Shown: positions 55,981 to 64,000 of the stretch, piece after piece
How the letters are laid out: the number at the start of each line of letters is the position of its first letter
Position numbering within the stretch: the stretch's first letter is position 1
Origin: Orbicella franksi
Lineage: Eukaryota
Direction: 5' to 3'
DNA: 64,000 nt
Assembly (NCBI GenBank): GCA_964199315.1
Contig: OZ116698.1
Span: 43,648,001 to 43,712,000, forward strand
The notes under the pieces: generated by a model
What the model was told of the DNA's origin: nothing
Database searches by the model: none
What the model saw: only the letters and a program-made list of their open reading frames with translations
Position numbers and translations under genes: made by a program

Positions 55981-57830
55981 GGCGAAACGAAAACAGCGAT
56001 CCTTATAGGTGCTAGGCAGTTCTAAACAAAGATGTTAACTTTCAGGGGGCTTATAGGAGTCATTCCTTCGAAATTCTTCAACATATTTCGAACAACTATA
56101 GTCAATGTAAGACCTTTCCCGGCATAGGGCATATAGTCACTGCGTAAATAACATTATGGCTGTGTTCAAAACTCCGAGCTCACACTTCTGTCTTAATTTA
56201 TCGCCGGGCTGGGAGATACGTACTCCTCGTTTCTCTCTAGTATCCCTAGCCCGTCCAGCATTCGAATTGAAGTATAATAAACTGTAATTGACTGAATTTT
56301 GTACCACATCTCTTTCACTGATAGAAAGAAAGGAAGGTATATAGGCTGTGCACAGAATAACAACGAGCGGCCATGCATGAATCAAGAGGCAAATAAAATT
56401 AGGGATTCACATGGAAATAGTGTGCGGAATGCATGAGGATCTTGCATGAATGTTTTAAACACTGGAAATGAAACTTCACTTTTACTGTCTTACAGAACGC
56501 ATTTAATCATAACGAGTGCCATTGCCTTATGGTTAAATCATTACTTTCCTGGCTGAGTTTTATTAAATGACTATAACTGTACTTTGATGTTGTTAATTAT
56601 TTAACGGTAAAATAAGATCGCGTGAGCCGAGCTGTAGCTTCGGATAGACATGCGAAGAAATGACGCAGGCTACAGAAATTCGATAGAAAGTCATATTAAA
56701 ACTTGCTAAGAGTATTCCATGTTTATTCAAAAACACTATTAAGTGATTCCGAAAGAGTTTTTGTTTCTGTAGTTTTGGAATCTTCTTAATAGCTTGGGCA
56801 TACCAAAAAAAACTTGCCTTGCATGTTTATTTCAAACTAACTGGTTGTAGGATTTCAACGCAGCCAACTAATTCGATAGAAAGATAGACAACTCTTAAGT
56901 ATGAATGTATTCTTAAAATTCTCTGAACCACCGTTGAATGCTAGGCATTTAGTGCATTTGAGGCCATACCAGTAAGTAAAAATGTTTAGTTTCAGTGTCG
57001 AAAACATACCGCGTTTTATGATATGATTGAACTCGGAAAGTTCGCCAACTGCAAAACGAAAACAGCGATCCTTGTAAGTACTAGGCAGTTCTAAACAAAG
57101 ATGTAAACTTTCAGGGGGCTTGTAGGAGTCATTCCTTCGAAATTCTTCAACATCTTTCGAACAACTATAGTCAATTTAAGACCTTTCCCGGCTGTAGGGT
57201 ATATAGTCACTGCATAAATAACATTATGGCTGTCGGTGTTGAAAACTCTCACCGGCACTTCTGTCTTAATTTTCGCCGGGCTAGGAGTTACGTACACCCA
57301 TTTCTCCCTAGAGTCCCTAGCCCGCCCAGCATTCGAATTGAAGTATAATAAACTGTAATTGACTGAATTTTGTACCACATGTCTTTCAGTAATAGAAAGA
57401 AAGGAAAGTATATAGGCTGTGCACAGAATAACAACGAGCGGCCATGCATGAATCAAGAAGCAAATAAAATTAGGGATTCACATGGAAATAGTGTGCGGAA
57501 TGCATGAGGGTCTTGCATGAATGTTTCAACATATTTCGAAAAACTATAGTCAATTTAAGACTGTAGGGCTGTAGGGCATATAGTCACTGCGTAAATAACA
57601 TTCTGGCTGTGTTCAAAACTCTCACACTTCTGTCTTAATTTATCGCCGGGCTGGGAGTTATGTATACCCGTTTCTTCCTAGCCCGTCCAGCATTCGAACT
57701 TGAAGTATAATGAAGTGTAATTTACTGAATTTTGTACCACATGTCTTTCACTGATAGAAAGAAAGGAAAGTATATAGGCTGTACACAGAATAACAACGAG
57801 CGGCCATGCATACCGGAATCAAGAGGCATA
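55981..57830. repeat. Local amplification of a ~450-bp unit (55981-56440, 57054-57520, 57525-57830 partial; single copy 62500-62910 in copy B)
   Basis: Shared ggagtcattccttcgaaattcttcaac...cagcattcgaattgaagtataata...gagcggccatgcat. Confidence 0.85.
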
Positions 57831-60112
57831 TAAAACCAGAATTAAAGGGGGCGTCTTCTGGAACTGAATAAATGAACGATGCAAGATGTCTCGTCCTTTG
57901 AAGACAGCGTTGTGACCAAATGACCAAACTCTCGTTTTAATGGAGCATGTGAACAGGTGTGAGCCAAGGAGCTGGAACTCAATTTCCTATTGACAAACGT
58001 TGCAATTACATTTTTGCCTCCAACGAACATAGTCTAGCAGAAATCCTTCAGTGCGTCGTTTTATTACCGTAAAATAGCAATCAACATATATTTTACCGAA
58101 ATATATATACCAAATCTGAGCTGCCAAACGTTGTTGGTCGATATAATTAAATGTGTAGTTAGATATGTTTAATTTGGTGCTTCTTACAAGCGTTCATAAA
58201 TGAAGGCTAATTAGGGATTCACATGGAAATAGCGTGCCGCAATGCACGAGGATCTTACATAAATGTTTTAAACACTGGAAATGAAACTTCGCTTTTACTG
58301 TCATACAGAACGCATTTAAAAAAACCAAAAACGAATGCGATTGTCTTATGGTTAAATCATTACTTTCCTGGCTGAGTTTTATTAAATGGCTATAACTGTA
58401 CTTTGATATTGTTAATTATTCAAAATAAGATAGTCTGTGCTGTTGCTTCGCACGGTCATGTCCTCCAAATATTTATTACCAGGCTGCCGAAATTCGATGG
58501 AAAAACATAGTAAAACTTGCTAAGAGTAGCTAGGAGTATTCCATATTTATCTAGAAACACTATTAACTGATTCCGAAAGATTTTTGTTCCTGTAGTGGAC
58601 GAGTCTTCTTAGCTTGGGCATACCAAAAAAACCCGCCATGCATATTTATTTCAAACTAACGGATGTAGGATTTCATAGTCAAGCAGTAATCCTACAGTGC
58701 GTCGTTTTAACAACGTAAAATAACAATGAACAAATACTTTTCCGAAATGTATATCAAATAGCTACCAAATGTTGTTGGTCGATATTATTAAATGAGTTGC
58801 TAGATGTTAAATTTGATGCATCTTACAAGCGTGCATATAAAATGTGAGGCTAATCAACTCACAGCAAGCAGAGTGTCGCGACATATGACGATTTGTTTTA
58901 AACACTCGAAATGAAACTTGACTTTTTTACTGTCATACAGAACTTATTTCAAAACGAGTGCGAATGTTTTATGGGTATATCATTACTTTTCATGCTGATG
59001 TTTGTTTAAATTCCTGCTGTTAATTACTTAAGACACTCATTTCACAATATATGTCGATCGCGCCTCGAAGTGGCTTGATCATTGTAACAAAGAACAGGAC
59101 GAGTTAACCAAGTCAGCCACATTTGATCTGTTAATTAAATTGTGTACACCAGATAATATCAGTCATACTATATAAACGCGAGGCTCCCAGCTGCAGAATC
59201 GAACGTAATCTTGCTAACATTGCAACAGTTGTTGTACATTTGCCGCTCTAAAATAGACATATAAAGTCAAGTGTCGCGAAACCAAGCAGCTTGTAGCATC
59301 TAACTGACAAGACGAGAAAACTGTTGCTTGTGATTCATTACCTACACGTGCACACGTACCTTTACTATAACAGACTCCGCTTTGGCTTCCTTTTCCAGTG
59401 CCAACTGCCCAGCTGCACCTACGTGGTCGTTCTATCACATGTTTATTCATAGACACGAGACAGCAATATCCAGACAACGCCCCATTCAAACTATGTCTGG
59501 TTGAGACAAGAGATTATGATCTTGGTTGACGGACTGATTTATCGTTGAAAGTTATAAAGTGTAGAACGACGGAGAGGTTAGTTTACCAACGGTTATTAAA
59601 TTCTTCGAGTCAGAAACCCCCTTTCCTAGACGTACAAGTCTATTTATAACAACAACTTCACGCTTATCGAAACCCACAGATCTATAGACAAGCACCAAGC
59701 AACGCATCAGTGCTAACCTGCTCGTTAAAAGTCTACGATCCCATTCAGTACTTGCCTTCTGTTTACGTCACGTTTGCTCCACAGACATTTTCTTTAATAA
59801 GCGCTCCCAAGAATTTGTAGACTTTGTAGAATCACAAGAATGCAGTCCAATACCACCACGGAACACCCCATGCCATACGCTGTCGGCTGTAATGCGATTG
59901 TGGTGGATACTTGTCAATTAAGAAGACTAACAATGGCATCGAAATTATTTAGCCGATTGTCGTAGAACCAATGCAGCGAAAAGAAAAATATAACATTTCA
60001 AAGTGTTCTCCCTGTTCAACTCCGTGTTACCTGGGCGTCGCTCGTTCTTCGCTTAGTCCATGGCATTTTTTTTATACGATTGAAACAAAAGACGTTCAGC
60101 TTTGGACTGCAT

Positions 60113-60179
60113 GTATGCGAGCCGGGCTCAATTTATGTGGAACTTTGTTCCAAGGCAAGATGAATCAAATCCTGCGCTG

Positions 60180-60210
<31 letters not shown>

Positions 60211-60418
60211 TATCTTGCCCGCTCGGGACTACCCGCCATGTCCCTCAAGAAAAATTTCCCCGAAAGCCATATAATAAATCCTTTATTGACCAAACTTGTT
60301 CGGTCAAGACGGCTTGATCTTGGCCTCGTTCTTTCTTTGCGAGGTTATAAACCTCGCAAAAAAAGAACTGGGCCAATATCCAGCCTTCTTGACCTCACGC
60401 TTGGTCAATAACCCATAC
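60113..60418. mobile_element. MITE-like repeat
   Basis: Internal palindrome cgagcgggcaagat...atcttgcccgctcg and terminal ggtcaataacccata; recalled repeat family, not classified. Confidence 0.55.
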
Positions 60419-60765
60419 ATCTAGTAATCTCAATACAGTCGTTGGCACAGCTGTTTGCATATATTAAAGTGAGCCACATTTCTGTAGTTTGGCTCACTGG
60501 CAGAAAACTGAAGGGCAATCTAACAACAATAAGGACTGATTGTTAGTAGCGTCATTGAAATCTCGACAGTGAGTAGGAATTCAAGTTCTTTTCATGTTCG
60601 TTAGCAATATTGATTCATCTGTACTGCATCTGTCCCTAACAGTTTTTTTTATTTTAGCGTGCGCATATGTGATACACGCGAAGCTAGCTGAACCATATTC
60701 ATGTAACAGTCTTTGACTCATTTTATTATTGTTGTTGAATATCTCCTTTTTTTCGGTACTTCTTA

Positions 60766-61292
60766 AGGCCGATTTACACGGTACGACTTTGACGCATGCT
60801 TACGACAGGCCTACGACATGATTTAGGACTATTTACACGCGCACGACATTTTCACTTACAAAATTAAATATGCAAAAGTTTGCATAGGAATTCGCGGAGC
60901 GAAAGTTCCAACAAACGGTAAACAAATATTTTAGCTGTCCTGCGCTTTGAAAAAACTTTCCAACGAGATGTTTTTCGCTTTAATCCTTTCAGTACTTTTC
61001 GAGAAACGATTTCATATGAATCAGTCAACAACAACTTCGTCCGCCATTTTGACGAAAGAAAACTTCTTCTTCGTCCCCTACTCAATAGAAATTTGTCACA
61101 AAATACGTCATTTTCTATCGATTTCGGCTACGATTGTCGCAGCGTTTTAAAACATGTTTTAAAATCATACGACAATTTTTTGACTTACACAATAGTCGTA
61201 AGCGAGTTGTAGGTTTGATTTACACGAAACAATTCTTGTCGTAGGCCGTAAACTTGTCGCATGCGACAAAGTCGTATCGTGTAACTCGGCCC
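60766..61292. mobile_element. PIF/Harbinger-type non-autonomous element, TTA TSD, present only in copy B
   Basis: tta|aggccgatttacacggtacgactttg ... caaagtcgtatcgtgtaactcggccc|tta; corresponding site in copy A (about 54790) is empty. Confidence 0.85.
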
Positions 61293-62244
61293 TTACCTTA
61301 TATTCTTCATACTAATTCAAGCTCCTTTATTCGATTACCCTGTAGTTGCGTTTGCTACCCGATTGAGGCAATAAATCGCTGTGACCGTACGCCAGGTAGC
61401 CGGGAACGGTCTTCATGAAATGAAAATGCCTTTTACTTTAAACGCATTCAAGGAAGTTGAGCAAGGCCAAAATCACATTGTCCACAAAATAGCTGGACAC
61501 CTACAGTATAAAATGCGAGAAGGTGAAACTAGCAATTTTGCGAGCTCGAGACATTTTGTCATTTTAAAATGTGAGACCGATCGAGACTTCAAACTGTTTT
61601 TAGTTTAAAATGTGAGACCGTTCAAAGTCTTAAAATTCGAGCCCCAGAGTAAATATGTGAATGATGTACAGAAGTCTTCAGTCTTTCGTTCTATTAAAAC
61701 GCTTAGCTTGTACGATAGATCAAATCTGACACTTTCTTAGCCTTACTAAAACCCCAAGACTCCGAGACAACCTTGTATAAGACGTATAACGATCGATCGC
61801 GAGACTTCAAGACGCACAGCTAGTAACCGCTAAGGGAACGAGACTGTCAGACCTGTGAAATGTAACTAAAATTTTGCAAGACCCATGCAGAGGTTTTGAA
61901 GGACTCTTCGCCAACCCTAACAAAGCTTTTAGGGGGCTTAATTATAGAAGTCGTTCTGTAGGAATTCTTCATCAATTTAGTCAATTTAAGACTTAGGCTA
62001 TTAGGGATTCATATGGAAATATTGTGACGGAATGCACGAGAATCTTGCATGAATGTTTTAAACGCTGGAAATGAAACTTCGCTTTCGCAGTCATACAGAA
62101 CACATTTAAAAAAACGAGTGCGATTGTCTTATGGTTAAATCATTACTTTCCTGGCCGAGTTTTATAAAAATGGCTAAATGTAATCTGATGTTGTTAATTA
62201 TTTAACAGTAAAATAAGATTGCACGAGCTGGTAGTCCAGCAGCC

Positions 62245-62477
62245 CAGGGGGCCGTTTCTCGAAAGCCCGGGAAACTTTCGGGCCCGTGAAGCCATTTTTA
62301 GTTCATCTGTATCTAAACATGGAGAAGTGTATACGCCTGAGACTTCTTGTATGAAGGGAACCTCCGTTCATATTAAGATTATGTGAATAAAACAGCTCTG
62401 TAATCGTAAGGTTCGAGATATTACTATGGCTTTCCGGGTTCGAAAGCTTTTCGGGATCTTCGAGAAACGGATCCCAG
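62245..62477. mobile_element. MITE, copy 2 of the 293-524 family, present only in copy B
   Basis: Colinear with 293-524; corresponding site in copy A (about 55950) lacks it. Confidence 0.75.
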
Positions 62478-64000
62478 ACCTGTATTTTCATTGCTTCTGA
62501 CGAAACGAAAACGGCGATCCTTATAAGTGCTAGGCAGTTCTAACCAAAGGTGTTAACTTTCAAGGGGCTTATAGGAGTCATTCCTTCGAAATTCTTCAAC
62601 ATATTTCGAACAACTATAGTCAATTTAAGACCGTTCCCGGTTGTAGGGCATGTAGTCACTGCGGAAATAACATTATGGCTGTGTTCAAAACTCCGAGCTC
62701 GCACTTCTGTCTTAATTTATCGCCGGGCTGGGAGTTACGTACTCCTCGTTTCTCTCTAGTGTCCCTAGCCCGTCCAGCATTCGAATTGAAGTATAATAAA
62801 GTGTAATTGACTGAATTTTGTACCACATCTCTTTCACTTATAGGAAGAAAGGAAGGTATATAGACTGTGCACAGAATAACAACGAGCGGCCATGCATGAA
62901 TCAAGAGGCGAATAAACCTAGTATTTAACGGGCGTCTTCTTATCTGGATTGAATAACTGAACGATAAAAGATTTCTCATCCTCTCATCCTGACTAAATGA
63001 CCAAACTTCCCTTTTAATGGAGCATGTGAACAGATGTGAATCGAGGAGTTAGAACTCTAATTTCCACGTTGCAATTAGATTTTTATCTCCAACAAACATA
63101 GTTAATAGCAGTAATCCTTTAGTGCATCAAATAGCAATGAAGACATACTTTCCCGAAATCTATATACCAAATATAGCTACCGAATGTTGTTGGTCGATAT
63201 AAGTGAATGAGTAGTTAGATATGTTTAATTTGATACATCTTACAAGCGGGCAGAAATGACGCCATCATGACGTCCAAATATTTATAACCAGGCTGCAAAA
63301 TTCGATGAAAAAACACATTAAAACTTGCTAAGAGTAGCTAAGAGTATTCCATGTTTATTTAGAAACACTATTAAGTGACTCCGAAAGATTTTTGTTCCCG
63401 TAGTGGACGAGTCTTCTTAGCTTGGGCATACCAAAAAAACCTGCCTTGCATGTATATTTCAAACTAACGGATGTACGATATCATAGTCAAGCAGTAATCC
63501 TTCAGTGCGTCGTTTTAACGACGTAAAATAGCGATGAACAAATACTTTTCCAAAATGTATATACCAAATATGATTTGTTTTAAACACTCGAAATGAAACT
63601 TGACGTTTTTACTGTCATACAGAACTTATTTCAAAACGAGTGCGAATGTTTTATGGTTATATCATTACTTTTCAGGGTGATGTTTGTTTAAATTCCTGCT
63701 GTTAATTACTTAAGACACTCATTTAACAATATACGCGCTTCGAAGTGGCTTGATCATTGTAACAAAGAACGGGACGAGTTAGCCAAGTCGAATCAGCCAC
63801 ATTTGATCTGTTAATCAAATTGTGTACACCTGATAATATCAGTCATACAAAATAAACGCGAGGCTCCCAGCTGCAGAATCGAACGTTATCTTGCTAACAT
63901 GTACATTGCAAGACTTGTTGTACATTTGCCGCTCTAAAATAGACATATAAAGTCAAGTGTCGCGAAACCAAGTAGCTTGTAGCATCTAACTGACAACACG

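Larger units (their letters stand above)
54587..64000. repeat. Tandem segmental duplication: copy A about 54587-59310 and beyond, copy B about 60551 to past 64000
   Basis: Colinear anchors 54587/60551, 55441/61508, about 57850/62930, about 58470/63275, 59161/63841. Confidence 0.85.

Noticed and set aside
56663-56679. 17-bp identity (acgcaggctacagaaat) with the Academ-like right end plus TSD at 3509-3525
   Set aside because: Paralogous positions read accaggctgc(c/a)gaaattcg, so this is a chance variant of the local repeat and not a second insertion
56137-62979. Repeated signal-peptide-like ORF (IHAWPLVVILCTAYIPSFL...) in the ~450-bp units
   Set aside because: Starts at TTG, lengths vary (82-121 aa) through frameshifts, and copies are similar enough that open frames need no selection

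Overview
Eukaryotic, intron-rich, AT-rich DNA. The repeat families suggest an anthozoan, probably a stony coral (inference from recalled repeat types, not a database search). I reconstructed two complete minus-strand genes by hand from GT-AG junctions and codon phases: a CREB3-family membrane-tethered bZIP factor (9 coding exons, 8980->1880, 390 aa) and the chromatin remodeller CHD1 (33 coding exons, 43499->10574, 1886 aa). Introns and intergenic DNA are packed with MITEs, tRNA-derived SINEs and LINE fragments, several with readable target-site duplications (TSDs). From 51 kb there is a young 5'-truncated RTE LINE (10-bp TSD) carrying a second LINE fragment in frame, then a ~6-kb tandem segmental duplication with nested repeats. 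The most interesting observations are: (1) a spliced, in-frame uORF whose TAA directly abuts the CHD1 start codon; (2) an in-frame LINE-in-LINE chimeric ORF; (3) a candidate unannotated spliced plus-strand gene whose first exon is broken by the RTE and whose 89-nt intron keeps its splice signals in both duplicated copies; (4) a duplication that copies a CREB3 3' splice site exactly; (5) a perfect CREB3-type binding site in the CREB3-family promoter; (6) two CAG...CTG elements with 5-bp TSDs (hAT5-like) and two TAG...CTA elements with 9-bp TSDs (Academ-like). I found no CRISPR array, rRNA or bona fide tRNA gene.
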